A stretch of 63,052 nt of DNA, filler included, from Licmophora abbreviata (Eukaryota): the NCBI GenBank assembly GCA_900291995.1. It is 12 parts of 12 records of this genome, joined end to end, with 100 filler letters (N's around TTAATTAATTAA, not from the genome) between each part and the next. Parts side by side here need not be neighbours in the genome. Positions count along the whole stretch, not along the records: positions 24,529 to 34,977 come from OLMU01000976.1; positions 35,078 to 39,261 come from OLMU01000977.1; positions 39,362 to 48,003 come from OLMU01000978.1; 9 more parts are not named here. One strand, given 5' to 3'. The notes below the pieces were generated by a model, which had not been told where the DNA came from, searched no databases, and was given only the letters and a program-made list of their open reading frames with translations. The translations under genes were made by a program, and so were the position numbers. Numbering within the stretch: the stretch's first letter is position 1; every line of letters begins with the position of its first letter. This document shows positions 32,104 through 43,026 of the stretch, piece after piece.

Positions 32104-32546
32104 GTCATGTCTCCTTCAGAATTGTCGGCAAGGGGGCGGGACGGCACCCAGGCATAGCCGTCCGCGCACAGGATATAGGCCTCTCGCAGACCATGCGGTT
32201 TGTCGGAAGGCGGCTGCAGCACGGTGCCTCCAGCTTCCTCGGCCCGGTCTGCGGCTGTGTCGGGATCGCAGTCATAAAGCCGGATTTCGATACCCGCCCC
32301 GCGCGGCGGATTTTCCGGCAAAAGGCCCGAGAGCGGATTGGCATGATAGGTGCCATCGGCATGAAGCTGCATCACGTTGCCGTTCTGCGCCACGATGGCG
32401 AAATCGGGGCTGAGCCTGTGGATGCACAGCCCGAACACGTCGGACAGGAAACGGGCGCTGCGCGGCACATCCCGGACAAGGATATTGAAGCCGAACCCGC
32501 GCAGCGAGGCGCCGAACGCCTCAGGCGTGACAGTTTCGTAATCCAT
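32100..32546 (-). CDS. VOC/glyoxalase family protein
   Basis: NILVRDV...FLSDVFG and AGGTVLQPPSDKPHGLREAYI..ADGYAW; 4-nt overlap with the aldolase gene. Confidence 0.85.
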   Translation of the reverse strand: MDYETVTPEAFGASLRGFGFNILVRDVPRSARFLSDVFGLCIHRLSPDFAIVAQNGNVMQLHADGTYHANPLSGLLPENPPRGAGIEIRLYDCDPDTAADRAEEAGGTVLQPPSDKPHGLREAYILCADGYAWVPSRPLADNSEGDMT

Positions 32547-32643
32547 GGCCTCCTCGTTGAGCGCATGGGGTCAGCTTGAATGCGGCCTTGGGGCGTGTCA
32601 ACGTGCAAGCGACGGTGCAGCAGGCAACATGAGGACAGCAGGA

Positions 32644-34125
32644 ATGACGATTGACGACACCGCCCGGTTCAAGACGCCCGAGGCGGTACCGCCCGAAGCG
32701 TTCACCGATCCGCGCGCCGCCGTCGCCCGCCTTGTGGCGCTTTACGATGCAGCGGTCGATTTTCTGTCCGCCGAGTTTCAGAGCGCGCTGCGCACCGGCA
32801 AACCGGACCACCGGGTGCGAGCCTTCTATCCCGAGATCCGGATCACCACGGCAAGCCACGCGCGGATCGACAGCCGCCTAAGCTTTGGCCATGTCGCAGC
32901 CCCTGGCACCCACGCCACCACGATCACCCGGCCCGATCTGTTTCGGCATTACCTCGAACAACAGATCGGCCTTCTGGTGGAAAACCACGACGTGCCTGTG
33001 ACCATCGGCCTGTCGGACACACCGATGCCCATTCATTTCGCCGTGGCCAATGACCCATCGCTGACAGTCCCTCAAGAGGGCGCAGCGGAGTTCACCTTGC
33101 GTGACGTGTTCGACGTGCCGGACCTGAGCACGACCAATGACGACATCGTCAACGGCACCAGCCGGCCCGCGTCCGACGGCACCGAGCCTCTGGCGCCCTT
33201 CACCGCCCAGCGCGTCGATTACTCGCTCGCGCGGCTGTCGCATTACACTGCCACAGACCCCGAGCATTTCCAGAACCACGTGCTGTTCACCAATTACCAG
33301 TTCTATGTCTCGGAGTTCGAAGCTTACGCGCGGCGGATGCTGGCCGATCCCGAGAGCGGCTATACCGCCTTCGTCAGCACCGGCAACGCGCAGATCACCG
33401 GCCCGGACCAGGTGATCGAGGCATCCGAAAAACAGCCCCAGATGCCGGCCTTTCACCTCAAGCGCGAGAACGGATCGGGGATCACGCTGGTCAATATCGG
33501 CGTCGGCCCGTCGAATGCCAAGACCGCGACCGATCATATCGCGGTCCTACGGCCGCATGCCTGGATCATGGTCGGCCATTGCGCGGGCCTGCGCAATACG
33601 CAGCAACTGGGCGATTTCGTTCTGGCCCATGCCTATCTGCGCGAAGACCGCGTGCTGGATGCGGATCTGCCGTCATGGGTGCCCATTCCGGCGCTGGCGG
33701 AAATCCAGATCGCGTTGGAAAACGCGGTCGAGCAGGAAACACAACTGACCGGATATGATCTCAAGCGGGTGATGCGCACCGGCACGGTGGCAAGCCTCGA
33801 CAACCGCAATTGGGAGCTGCGCGATCAATCCGGCCCGGTGCAACGTCTCAGCCAGTCGCGGGCCATTGCGCTGGATATGGAAAGCGCCACGATCGCGGCC
33901 AACGGGTTTCGCTTCCGGGTTCCCTATGGCACGCTTCTGTGCGTGTCCGACAAACCGCTGCATGGCGAATTGAAACTTCCGGGGATGGCCTCGGACTTTT
34001 ACAAGACGCAGGTGTCGCGGCATCTCATGATCGGGATTCGCGCAATCGAGAGCTTGCGGAAGATGCCGCTCGAACGCATCCACAGCCGGAAATTGCGCAG
34101 CTTCAGTGAAACAGCTTTCCTATAG
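32644..34125 (+). CDS. amn: AMP nucleosidase
   Basis: RVDYSLARLSHYT, LFTNYQFY, NIGVGPSNAKT, GHCAGLR, LDMESATIAANGFRFRVPYGTLLCVSDKPLHGE and LRSF. Start approximate. Confidence 0.96.
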   Translation: MTIDDTARFKTPEAVPPEAFTDPRAAVARLVALYDAAVDFLSAEFQSALRTGKPDHRVRAFYPEIRITTASHARIDSRLSFGHVAAPGTHATTITRPDLFRHYLEQQIGLLVENHDVPVTIGLSDTPMPIHFAVANDPSLTVPQEGAAEFTLRDVFDVPDLSTTNDDIVNGTSRPASDGTEPLAPFTAQRVDYSLARLSHYTATDPEHFQNHVLFTNYQFYVSEFEAYARRMLADPESGYTAFVSTGNAQITGPDQVIEASEKQPQMPAFHLKRENGSGITLVNIGVGPSNAKTATDHIAVLRPHAWIMVGHCAGLRNTQQLGDFVLAHAYLREDRVLDADLPSWVPIPALAEIQIALENAVEQETQLTGYDLKRVMRTGTVASLDNRNWELRDQSGPVQRLSQSRAIALDMESATIAANGFRFRVPYGTLLCVSDKPLHGELKLPGMASDFYKTQVSRHLMIGIRAIESLRKMPLERIHSRKLRSFSETAFL

Positions 34126-34255
34126 GCCAAGAAAATCACCCCAAAATACGTGAAAAACACTTGCTTTTCCCTACTATTCATTGTGTTTGGTCACAACATA
34201 CAGTTAAATTCTGAGCATGAGGCCCAAGGACCGGGCAGTTGAAGGAGACCATAAA

Positions 34256-34543
34256 ATGGCAAAACCGATGACCAAAACTCAACTCGTTGCCGCACTGGCC
34301 GACGAAATGGGAACTGACAAGAAAACCGCCGGAACAGCGCTCGACGCCGTGACCGCGATCATCACACGCGAAGTGTCCGGCGGCGGTGCCGTCACCCTGC
34401 CCGGCGTCGGCAAGATCTATTGCCGCGAGCGCCCCGAGCGCATGGTGCGCAACCCCGCCACCGGTGAGCAGATCAAGAAAGAGGCCGATAAGGTCGTCAA
34501 GATGACCATCGCAAAGGCCCTCAAGGACAGCGTGAACGGCTGA
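34256..34543 (+). CDS. HU family DNA-binding protein
   Basis: MTKTQLVAALA, VTLPGVGK and RMVRNPATGEQI; AAGGAG RBS. Confidence 0.95.
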   Translation: MAKPMTKTQLVAALADEMGTDKKTAGTALDAVTAIITREVSGGGAVTLPGVGKIYCRERPERMVRNPATGEQIKKEADKVVKMTIAKALKDSVNG

Positions 34544-34567
34544 GCTTGCAAACACCCGATGTTTAGG

Positions 34568-34597
34568 AAAGGGTCGCCCCGCAAGGGCGGCCCTTTT
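34568..34597 (+). terminator. Intrinsic terminator after the HU gene
   Basis: AAAGGGTCGCCC-CGCAA-GGGCGGCCCTTTT. Confidence 0.8.
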
Positions 34598-34616
34598 CGG
34601 TTTCAGGAGACAGCGT

Positions 34617-35571
34617 ATGGACATTCGGGCGATCATCATGGGGCTTGCCTTTGCGGTGATGTGGTCCAGTGCCTTCACCTCGGCCCGGATCATCGTGGCC
34701 TCGGCGCCGCCACTGACCGCGCTCAGCCTGCGGTTCCTCGTCTCAGGCCTCATCGGAGTGCTGATCGCTCTTGCCCTCGGGCAAAGCTGGCGGCTGACGC
34801 GGGCGCAATGGCGCGCCACGATCATCTTCGGGATCTGCCAGAATGCGCTCTATCTGGGGCTGAACTTCGTCGCGATGCAAACCATCGAAGCGTCACTGGC
34901 GGCGATCATCGCCTCCACCATGCCGCTGTTGGTCGGGCTGGCAAGCTGGGGCTTGCTGGGGGAACGGATCGGTTTTCNNNNNNNNNNNNNNNNNNNNNNN
35001 NNNNNNNNNNNNNNNNNNNNNTTAATTAATTAANNNNNNNNNNNNNNNNNNNNNNNNNNNNNNNNNNNNNNNNNNNNCAGGTGTCATCGGGGTGGCGATC
35101 ATCATGGGATCACGGCTGCAGGGCGGCGCCGATCTTTATGGTCTGGCCCTCTGCGTGGGTGGGGTGATGGCGCTGACGCTGGCGACACTCGCGGTGCGCG
35201 GCGCCACATCGGGGGGCAACTTCCTGATGATTGTAGGACTTCAGATGCTGGTGGGAAGCCTCGTTCTGGGAGTGGCGGGCCTCAGCATCGAAACGATCGA
35301 GATCGACTGGAGCTGGCAGCTGATCGCGGCCTTCGTCTATACCACGCTGATCCCCGGACTGGCGGCAACGCTGGTCTGGTTCAAGCTGGTCAACCGCATC
35401 GGCGCGATCAAGGCGGCCACCTTCCACTTCCTCAACCCGTTTTTCGGCGTGGTGATCGCGGCCCTCGTGCTCAGCGAAAGCCTCGGCATCTGGGACATGG
35501 TCGGCGTCGTGGTGGTGATGCTCGGCATTCTTGCCGTGCAGCTCTCGCGCCAGAAACAAGTCTCGGGCTGA
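34617..35571 (+). CDS. DMT/EamA family transporter, interrupted by an assembly gap
   Basis: The N-half (WSSAF...PPLTALSLRF...GER) and C-half (FHFLNPFFGV..AALVLSE) are on the same strand on either side of the linker. Confidence 0.88.
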
Positions 35572-35578
35572 CCGCGCG

Positions 35579-35628
35579 CTTCTTCTGGCCACAAATATCC
35601 CGGGGAGCGCGAGGGGCTGGCCCCTCGC
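35579..35628. repeat. Intergenic palindromic (REP-like) element between convergent DMT and aroC
   Basis: CTTCTTCTGGCCACAAATATCCCGGGGAGC followed by the hairpin GCGAGGGG-CTGG-CCCCTCGC. Confidence 0.55.
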
Positions 35629-35650
35629 CTGCTCCGCAGGCCACCCGCGC

Positions 35651-36754
35651 TCAGCCGATGCTGCCGCGCGGACCCTCGCCCACCTGCCCGCGATGCAACA
35701 GCAGGTGATCGAGCAGAACACAGGCCATCATCGCCTCGGCCACAGGAACAGCGCGGATGCCGACGCAGGGATCATGCCGGCCCTTGGTGATGACCTCGGT
35801 GGGCGTGCCATCCATCCGGATGGACCGGCGCGGCGTGAGGATCGATGAGGTCGGTTTGACCGCGAAGCGCACCACGACATCCTGCCCGGTGGATATCCCG
35901 CCCAGAATACCGCCTGCATGGTTGGACGAATATTCCGGGCCGGTCTCGCCCATGAAGATCTCGTCGGCATTTTCCGTCCCGGTCAGGCGCGCAGCGGCCA
36001 TGCCCTCGCCGATCTCGACGCCCTTGACGGCGTTGATCGACATCATCGCAGCCGCCAGATCGGTGTCGAGCTTGCCATAGATCGGCGCGCCAAGCCCGGG
36101 CGGAACGCCACGGGCCACGACCTCGATCTCGGCCCCGACCGAGTTCTTGTCCTTGCGCAGCTTTTGCAGATAGGCCTCCCAATCCGCCGCCGCCCCGGCA
36201 TCGGGAATCCAGAAATCATTGCCGTCGATCGCGTCCCAGTCGAAACGCGCGCGATCGATCTCGATCTCGCCCATGCGGGTCATGTAGCCCTTGATGGAGA
36301 TCCCGGGTGCGAGCGAGGCAAGGGCCGCACGGGCGATGCCACCGGCGGCGACACGCGCCGCAGTCTCGCGCGCCGAACTGCGCCCGCCGCCCCGATAATC
36401 GCGGATACCGTATTTCTGATGATAGGTGATATCGGCATGGCCCGGCCGGAAAGTCTGGGCGATCTCGCCGTAATCGCGGCTGCGCTGATCCGTGTTCTCG
36501 ATCATCAGCTGGATCGGCGCGCCGGTGCTCTGGCCATCGAACACGCCCGACAGGATCTGCACCGCATCAGGTTCGTTGCGCTGCGTGGTGTTCTTGTTCT
36601 GGCCCGGGCGGCGCTTGTCCAGCCATTGCTGGAGAAACGCCTCATCGACGGGGATGCCCGGCGGGCAGCCATCGACGGTCGCGCCAAGGGCTGGCCCGTG
36701 GCTTTCGCCCCATGTGGTGACGCGAAACAGATGTCCGAAGGTGTTGAGGCTCAT
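35651..36754 (-). CDS. aroC: Chorismate synthase
   Basis: [36 protein letters not shown] and KGRHDPCV. Confidence 0.98.
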   Translation of the reverse strand: MSLNTFGHLFRVTTWGESHGPALGATVDGCPPGIPVDEAFLQQWLDKRRPGQNKNTTQRNEPDAVQILSGVFDGQSTGAPIQLMIENTDQRSRDYGEIAQTFRPGHADITYHQKYGIRDYRGGGRSSARETAARVAAGGIARAALASLAPGISIKGYMTRMGEIEIDRARFDWDAIDGNDFWIPDAGAAADWEAYLQKLRKDKNSVGAEIEVVARGVPPGLGAPIYGKLDTDLAAAMMSINAVKGVEIGEGMAAARLTGTENADEIFMGETGPEYSSNHAGGILGGISTGQDVVVRFAVKPTSSILTPRRSIRMDGTPTEVITKGRHDPCVGIRAVPVAEAMMACVLLDHLLLHRGQVGEGPRGSIG

Positions 36755-36871
36755 GATCCTGCGCTCCTTTGGGACGTGATCTAGCCGTGTGCGCGCAGGG
36801 CCTCAAGCGATTTCACCTCAGAACCGCAGGCCACCCCGGATCGAGGCGGCCCGCGAGGGGCGACAAGAGGT

Positions 36872-37990
36872 TCAGCCCTTGATGACCATCTGCGGCGAGA
36901 TCACGTCGATTCCAAGCGCCTTGCCGACAGCGTAATAGGTCAGCTGGCCGGCATGCACGTTCAGACCATTGAGAAGATGCGGATCCTCGGCGCAAGCGCG
37001 TTTCCAGCCCTTGTCGGCCAGCGCCAGCATGAACGGCATGGTCGCATTGCCAAGCGCGATCGTCGAGGTGCGCGCCACGGCGCCGGGCATGTTGGCCACG
37101 CAGTAATGCATGATCCCGTCCACCTCGTAGATCGGATCGGCATGGGTGGTGGCTTTCGATGTCTCAAAACACCCGCCCTGGTCGATGGCCACATCGACCA
37201 GCACCGCGCCCGGCTTCATGTCGGCGAATTGCGCGCGCGCGACCAGCTTGGGCGCTTCGGCGCCCGGAATCAGGACCGCGCCGATCACCATGTCCGCATC
37301 GGCCAGATGTTCGGCCAGAAGCCCTGTCGAGGAATAGCCGGTGTTGAATTGCTGATTGAACACGTCATCCAGATAGCGCAAGCGCGGCAGCGACCGGTCG
37401 AGCACGGTCACATCCGCGCCCATCCCCGCCGCGATGCGCGCGGCATGGGTGCCGACCACGCCGCCGCCGATCACCAGCACCTTGGCCGGGCCGACACCGG
37501 GCACGCCGCCCATCAGCACACCACGCCCGCCATTCGCCTTTTGCAGGGTCCACGCGCCCACCTGGGGCGCCAGACGGCCCGCCACTTCGGACATCGGCGC
37601 CAGAAGCGGCAGACCGCCGCGATCATCGGTCACCGTTTCATAGGCGATGGCGGTGCAGCCCGACGCCAGCAGATCACGGGTTTGTTCGGGATCGGGCGCC
37701 AGATGCAGGTAGGTGAACAGAAGCTGTCCTTCGCGCAGCATCTTGCGTTCGGCGGCTTGCGGCTCCTTGACCTTGACGATCATGTCGGCGGTGGCAAAGA
37801 TTTCGGCGGCGGTATCGATGATCACCGCGCCTGCGGCGACATAATCGGCATCGTCGAACCCAGCACCCTGCCCGGCGCCTGCCTGAATAATGACCTCATG
37901 GCCATGGGCCACAGCTTCGCGGGCGGCGTTCGGGGTCATGCCGACGCGGAATTCCTGTGGTTTGATCTCGGTCGGACATCCGATTTTCAT
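36872..37990 (-). CDS. ald: Alanine dehydrogenase
   Basis: MKIGCPTEIKPQEFRV, KVKEP, FTYLHLA, PMSEVAGR, DVAIDQGGCFETS and YCVANMPGAV. Confidence 0.97.
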   Translation of the reverse strand: MKIGCPTEIKPQEFRVGMTPNAAREAVAHGHEVIIQAGAGQGAGFDDADYVAAGAVIIDTAAEIFATADMIVKVKEPQAAERKMLREGQLLFTYLHLAPDPEQTRDLLASGCTAIAYETVTDDRGGLPLLAPMSEVAGRLAPQVGAWTLQKANGGRGVLMGGVPGVGPAKVLVIGGGVVGTHAARIAAGMGADVTVLDRSLPRLRYLDDVFNQQFNTGYSSTGLLAEHLADADMVIGAVLIPGAEAPKLVARAQFADMKPGAVLVDVAIDQGGCFETSKATTHADPIYEVDGIMHYCVANMPGAVARTSTIALGNATMPFMLALADKGWKRACAEDPHLLNGLNVHAGQLTYYAVGKALGIDVISPQMVIKG

Positions 37991-38128
37991 GAGCTTATCC
38001 TCCTCGTGCTCTTTGATGACAGGATGTCGCATCAGACGCGCAATTCGCTTGAAAAATCCCTCGCCTTTGCGGGGTATTTCCGAATATCTTGCGCATATTG
38101 CCAATCATATTCGAAGGGTATTGCTTGA

Positions 38129-38587
38129 ATGGCTCTGGATGCGATGGATCGTCGTTTGCTGCAGGTTCTTCAGCGGCGCGGGCGCATATCGAACGCCGAT
38201 CTGGCCGACGCGGTCAACCTGTCGGCAAGTGCCTGTCACCGCAGGGTGCAGCGCCTTGAGGCCGAAGGCTATATCCGCGATTACGTGGCGCTTCTGGACC
38301 CAAGGAAACTGGGGGTCAGCGCCACGATCTTTGTCGAGATCACGCTGGCCACCCAGGCCGATGAGGTGCTGGAGGCATTCGAGAAAGCCGTGACCCGTAT
38401 TCCCGATGTGCTGGAATGCCATCTGACGGCTGGGGCTGCGGATTATATCCTCAAGGTCGTCGCCGAAAGCACCGAGGATTTCGCGCGCATTCACCGGCAA
38501 TACCTGACGCGACTGCCGAGTGTCGCCAAGATGCAATCGTCCTTTGCCCTGCGCACGGTGTTCAGCACAACGGCCCTGCCGCTCTGA
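38129..38587 (+). CDS. Lrp/AsnC family regulator (AldR-like), divergent from ald
   Basis: LDAMDRRLL...VNLSASACHRRVQRLE HTH and VLECHLTAGAADY. Confidence 0.93.
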   Translation: MALDAMDRRLLQVLQRRGRISNADLADAVNLSASACHRRVQRLEAEGYIRDYVALLDPRKLGVSATIFVEITLATQADEVLEAFEKAVTRIPDVLECHLTAGAADYILKVVAESTEDFARIHRQYLTRLPSVAKMQSSFALRTVFSTTALPL

Positions 38588-38644
38588 GCCGCTTGCGGGC
38601 GGCGGCTGATCGGGTAAGTCTTCCCACAGAACCAAGGAGCCGCC

Positions 38645-40304
38645 ATGGATTGGGATTACATCATCGTCGGCGCAGGCAGCGCCGGGTGCGTTCTGGCCAA
38701 CCGGCTGAGCGGACAGGGCCACAAGGTGCTTTTGCTCGAAGCCGGGGGGCGCGACACCTACCACTGGATCCATATTCCGATGGGATATCTCTATTGCATC
38801 GGAAACCCGCGCACGGATTGGTGTTTTCGCACGGCGCCGGAACCGGGGCTGAACGGGCGGTCGCTGCTCTATCCGCGCGGCAAGGTTCTGGGCGGGTGCA
38901 GTTCGATCAACGGGATGCTGTATCTGCGCGGTCAGGCTGCCGATTACGACGGCTGGCGGCAGATGGGCAATACCGGCTGGGGTTGGGACGATGTGCTGCC
39001 CTATTTCAAACGCTCGGAGGATTACGTCGATGGCGCGTCCGAGATGCACGGCGCGGGCGGCGAATGGCGCGTCGACAATCAGCGCCTGCATTGGCAGGTG
39101 CTGGATGATTGGAAGGCCGCCGCGATTGCCGCCGGACTGCCCGAGACCGACGATTTCAACACCGGCGACAATGAAGGCGTGGGGTATTTCAAGGTCAACC
39201 AACGCAAGGGCTGGAGACTGAACACCGCGCGGGCCTTTCTGGGGGCGCACAGCGGGCCGAGNNNNNNNNNNNNNNNNNNNNNNNNNNNNNNNNNNNNNNN
39301 NNNNNTTAATTAATTAANNNNNNNNNNNNNNNNNNNNNNNNNNNNNNNNNNNNNNNNNNNNACGGCGGCTGATCCTCGAGGCGGGGCGCGCCGTTGGCGT
39401 GGAGTATCTTCAGGGCGGCACGCTTCGAACCGCGAGGGCGCGCGGCGAGGTGATCCTGAGCGCGGGCGCCATCGGCAGCCCGCATATCCTGCAGCTGTCG
39501 GGGATCGGGCCGGGCGAGCTGTTGCAGGAGCATGGCATTGCTGTCGAGCTCGACGCACCGATGGTGGGCCGCAACCTGCAGGACCACCTGCAATTGCGCT
39601 GTGCATGGCGACTGACCGGGGCAAGAACGCTGAACACGCTGGCCAATTCGCTGTGGGGCAAGGCGGCGATCGGGCTGGAATACCTGCTCAAACGCAGCGG
39701 GCCGATGGCGATGGCGCCAAGCCAGCTGGGGGCGTTCGCACGCTCACGGCCCGAACTGGCCACCGCCGATCTGGAATATCATGTGCAGCCGCTATCGCTG
39801 GATGCGTTCGGAGAACCCTTGCACGATTTCCCCGGTCTGACCGCCAGCGTGTGCAACCTGCGCCCCGAAAGCCGGGGAGAGGTGCGCATCGCCTCTTCCG
39901 ACCCGATGGAGGCTCCGGTGATCGCGCCCAATTACCTGTCGACGGAAGGCGACCGTCAGGTTGCCGCGGCCTCGATCCGGCTGACCCGACGGATCATGGA
40001 GCAGGACGCGATGAAACGCTACGATCCACAGGAAATCCGGCCCGGCACCGCGATGCAAACGGAAGAGGAACTGGCTCGCGCGGCAGGCGATATCGGCACG
40101 ACGATCTTTCATCCGGTGGGCACGGTGCATATGGGGCCCGAGGGCCATGCACCTCTGGATGACAGGCTGCGGCTGCGCGGGATCGGCGGGCTGCGCGTGG
40201 TGGATGCGAGCGTGATGCCCACGATCACCAGCGGCAACACCAATTCGCCCACCATCATGATCGCCGAGAAGGCCGCCGACATGGTCCTTGAAGATGCACG
40301 GTGA
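38645..40304 (+). CDS. GMC oxidoreductase (choline dehydrogenase-like), interrupted by an assembly gap
   Basis: DYIIVGAGSAGCVLANRL, RGKVLGGCSSINGM, VGRNLQDH, FHPVGT and LRVVDASVMP..SGNTNSP. Confidence 0.93.
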
Positions 40305-40317
40305 CGTCAGGCTCACA

Positions 40318-40447
40318 GCCCTGACCGACCGGGTCGGCCAGGGCCTACCGGTTGCGTATCGTCCGTGAGTGGCAACGCAGCCGGAACTTGAACTCGAACA
40401 CTCGTTAAAGGCTGATTGCCCTACTGGCCTGCAACCAGCTAGGGCAA
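40318..40447 (-). ncRNA. Candidate small RNA (unverified)
   Basis: Three hairpins downstream of a TTTCAA-N17-TATATC promoter-like element (40476-40448, minus strand); no ORF. Confidence 0.35.
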
Positions 40448-40526
40448 GATATAAGGGGAAAGGTATATCCTTGAAACACCTTTTTGCGAATTGATGCGCA
40501 TAACGTCACGTCATTGAAAATAAACG

Positions 40527-40555
40527 AAAAAGGCCCCAGCATTTCTGCCGGGGCC
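40527..40555 (-). terminator. Intrinsic terminator of pnp
   Basis: Minus strand reads GGCCCCGGCA-GAAA-TGCTGGGGCC-TTTTT. Confidence 0.85.
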
Positions 40556-40581
40556 GATCTTTGCGAGGGTAGACCGGGCGT

Positions 40582-42720
40582 TTAGCCTTCGGCCTCTTCC
40601 TCTTTCTTCATCTCTTCGCCGGTTTCCTGATCGACGAGTTTCATCGACAGGCGCACCTTGCCGCGATCATCGAAGCCCAAAAGCTTCACCCAGACGTCCT
40701 GACCTTCCTTGAGCACATCCGACGGATGGTTCAGGCGGCGGTTCTCGATCTGGCTGACATGCACAAGGCCGTCGCGCTTGCCAAAGAAGTTCACGAAGGC
40801 GCCGAAATCGACGATCTTCACGACCGTGCCCTTATAGATCCCGCCTTCTTCCGGCTCGGCGACGATCGAATGGATCATCTCGTATGCCTTCTGAATGGCT
40901 TCGTTATTCGGCGAGGCGATCTTGATGATGCCGTCGTCGTTGATATCGACCTTGGCGCCCGACACTTCGACGATCTCACGGATCACCTTGCCGCCCGAAC
41001 CGATCACTTCACGGATCTTGTCGGTGGGGATCTGCATCGTTTCGATACGCGGTGCGTGGATCGAGAAATCACCGGCTTCGGTCAGAGCATTGGACATCTC
41101 ATTGAGGATGTGCAGCCGGCCGTCCTTGGCCTGTGCCAGAGCCTTCTTCATGATCTCGGGCGTGATGCCCGCGACCTTGATGTCCATCTGCAGCGAGGTG
41201 ATGCCCTTTTCGGTGCCGGCAACCTTGAAGTCCATGTCGCCGAGGTGATCCTCGTCGCCGAGAATATCGGTCAGGACCGCATATTCGCCGTCATCTTCGA
41301 GGATCAGACCCATCGCCACACCGGCCACCGGCGCCTTGAGAGGCACACCGGCATCCATCATCGACAGCGAGCCGCCGCAGACCGATGCCATCGAGGACGA
41401 GCCGTTGGATTCGGTGATCTCGGACACGACGCGGATGGTGTAGGGGAAGTCTGTCGGGGCGGGCAGTACGGCCTGAAGGGCGCGCCATGCCAGCTTGCCG
41501 TGACCCACTTCGCGACGACCCGGAGGGCCAACGCGACCCGCTTCACCGACCGAATAGGGCGGGAAGTTGTAGTGCAGCAAGAAGTTGGAGCGGAAGTTGC
41601 CATGCAGGGCGTCGATGATCTGCTCGTCGTCGCCGGTGCCAAGCGTGGTGACCACCAGCGCCTGTGTTTCACCGCGTGTGAACAGCGACGACCCATGGGT
41701 CCGCGGCAGCAGGCCGGTTTCAGACACGATCTGGCGCACGGTGTCGAGGTTGCGCCCGTCGATCCGCTTGCCGGTCTTGACCACGTCGCCGCGCAGGACG
41801 CTGGCTTCGAGCTTTTTCAGGGCAGCGCCGAGGTTGCTATCTTCAAGCTGTTCCTCGGAGAGAGACGCCTTGATCGCTTCCTTGGCGGCAGAAACAGCGG
41901 CGGTGCGTTCCTGCTTGTCGGTGATCGCGTAGGCCGCGCGCACCTTGTCTTCGCCAGCGGCTTTGACGGCATCATAAAGCGCCGAGTAATCCGGGGGAGA
42001 GAAGTCGAACGGCTCTTTCGCGGTGTCTTCGGCCAGATCGATGATCAGGTCGATCACCGGCTGGATCTGTTCATGCGCGAAGGTCACGGCGCCCAGCATC
42101 TCGTCTTCGGACAGCTCATAGGCTTCGGATTCGACCATCATGACGGCGTCTTTCGTGCCGGCGACAACCAGATCGAGACGCTGATCGGGGTTGTTGCGAA
42201 GGTCGTGCATATCCTCGACATCGGGGTTCAGGATGTATTCGCCATCCGAATAGCCCACGCGGCACCCGGCGATCGGACCCATGAAGGGCGCACCCGAAAT
42301 GGTCAGCGCGGCCGAGGCGGCGATCATCGCAACAATATCGGGATCGTTGACCAGATCGTGGCTAAGTACAGTGCACATAACGAGAACTTCGTGCTTGAAG
42401 CCGCTGACGAAGAGCGGGCGGATCGGACGGTCGATCAGGCGCGCGGTCAGGGTCTCTTTCTCGGTGGGACGGGCTTCGCGCTTGAAGAAGCCGCCGGGCA
42501 CCTTGCCCGCGGCGTAGTATTTTTCCTGGTAGTGGACGGTCAGCGGAAAGAAATCCTGACCGGGCTTGGGTTCCTTGGCGAAGGTCACGTTGGCCATGAC
42601 CGAGGTTTCACCCAAGGTGGCGATGACCGAGCCATCTGCCTGACGGGCAACCTTGCCCGTTTCCAGTGTGAGCGTTTCCTCGCCCCACTGCATAGATTTT
42701 TTCACTTCTTTGAACATCAT
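40582..42720 (-). CDS. pnp: Polyribonucleotide nucleotidyltransferase (PNPase)
   Basis: Two RNase PH domains ([32 protein letters not shown]), KH (VIGSGGK) and S1 domains. Confidence 0.99.
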   Translation of the reverse strand: MMFKEVKKSMQWGEETLTLETGKVARQADGSVIATLGETSVMANVTFAKEPKPGQDFFPLTVHYQEKYYAAGKVPGGFFKREARPTEKETLTARLIDRPIRPLFVSGFKHEVLVMCTVLSHDLVNDPDIVAMIAASAALTISGAPFMGPIAGCRVGYSDGEYILNPDVEDMHDLRNNPDQRLDLVVAGTKDAVMMVESEAYELSEDEMLGAVTFAHEQIQPVIDLIIDLAEDTAKEPFDFSPPDYSALYDAVKAAGEDKVRAAYAITDKQERTAAVSAAKEAIKASLSEEQLEDSNLGAALKKLEASVLRGDVVKTGKRIDGRNLDTVRQIVSETGLLPRTHGSSLFTRGETQALVVTTLGTGDDEQIIDALHGNFRSNFLLHYNFPPYSVGEAGRVGPPGRREVGHGKLAWRALQAVLPAPTDFPYTIRVVSEITESNGSSSMASVCGGSLSMMDAGVPLKAPVAGVAMGLILEDDGEYAVLTDILGDEDHLGDMDFKVAGTEKGITSLQMDIKVAGITPEIMKKALAQAKDGRLHILNEMSNALTEAGDFSIHAPRIETMQIPTDKIREVIGSGGKVIREIVEVSGAKVDINDDGIIKIASPNNEAIQKAYEMIHSIVAEPEEGGIYKGTVVKIVDFGAFVNFFGKRDGLVHVSQIENRRLNHPSDVLKEGQDVWVKLLGFDDRGKVRLSMKLVDQETGEEMKKEEEAEG

Positions 42721-42938
42721 GTCTTCCTAGTTGGAGGCACTCCCGGGCGTATCCCGGGTCCTCCGTTTCAATGGCGGCCCCATTGCCGCCGACCCCAATC
42801 CATTCCCATGCGCCCGGGGTCAAAGGCATCACGTCACAGATGGGGGCGCCATAGCGCAGTTTGAAGCATTTTGAAAGCAATGATGACGTGAGCGCTACGA
42901 ATCAGCGTTAACAGCCATCAAAACAGCGCTTTTGGCGG

Positions 42939-42993
42939 ATCGGCATCGCGTCGGCACAACGTCGGTATCGCGTCGGTATCGGGATCGGTGCGC
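42939..42993. repeat. Degenerate 11-bp tandem repeat, about 5 copies, consensus GTCGGYATCGC
   Basis: ATCGGCATCGC, GTCGGCACAAC, GTCGGTATCGC, GTCGGTATCGG and (G)ATCGGTGCGC, between bciA and pnp. Confidence 0.65.
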
Positions 42994-43026
42994 GGCGGGG
43001 TTAACGCGGCGGGCGTTCCGCGCAGA

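Noticed and set aside
38645..40304. betA assignment
   Set aside because: Only general GMC motifs and no bet gene context.
40726..42864. 712-aa plus-strand ORF antisense to pnp, and similar long antisense ORFs over hutH, dctM, ald and others
   Set aside because: Shadow ORFs expected from high-GC codon bias; no recognisable motifs.
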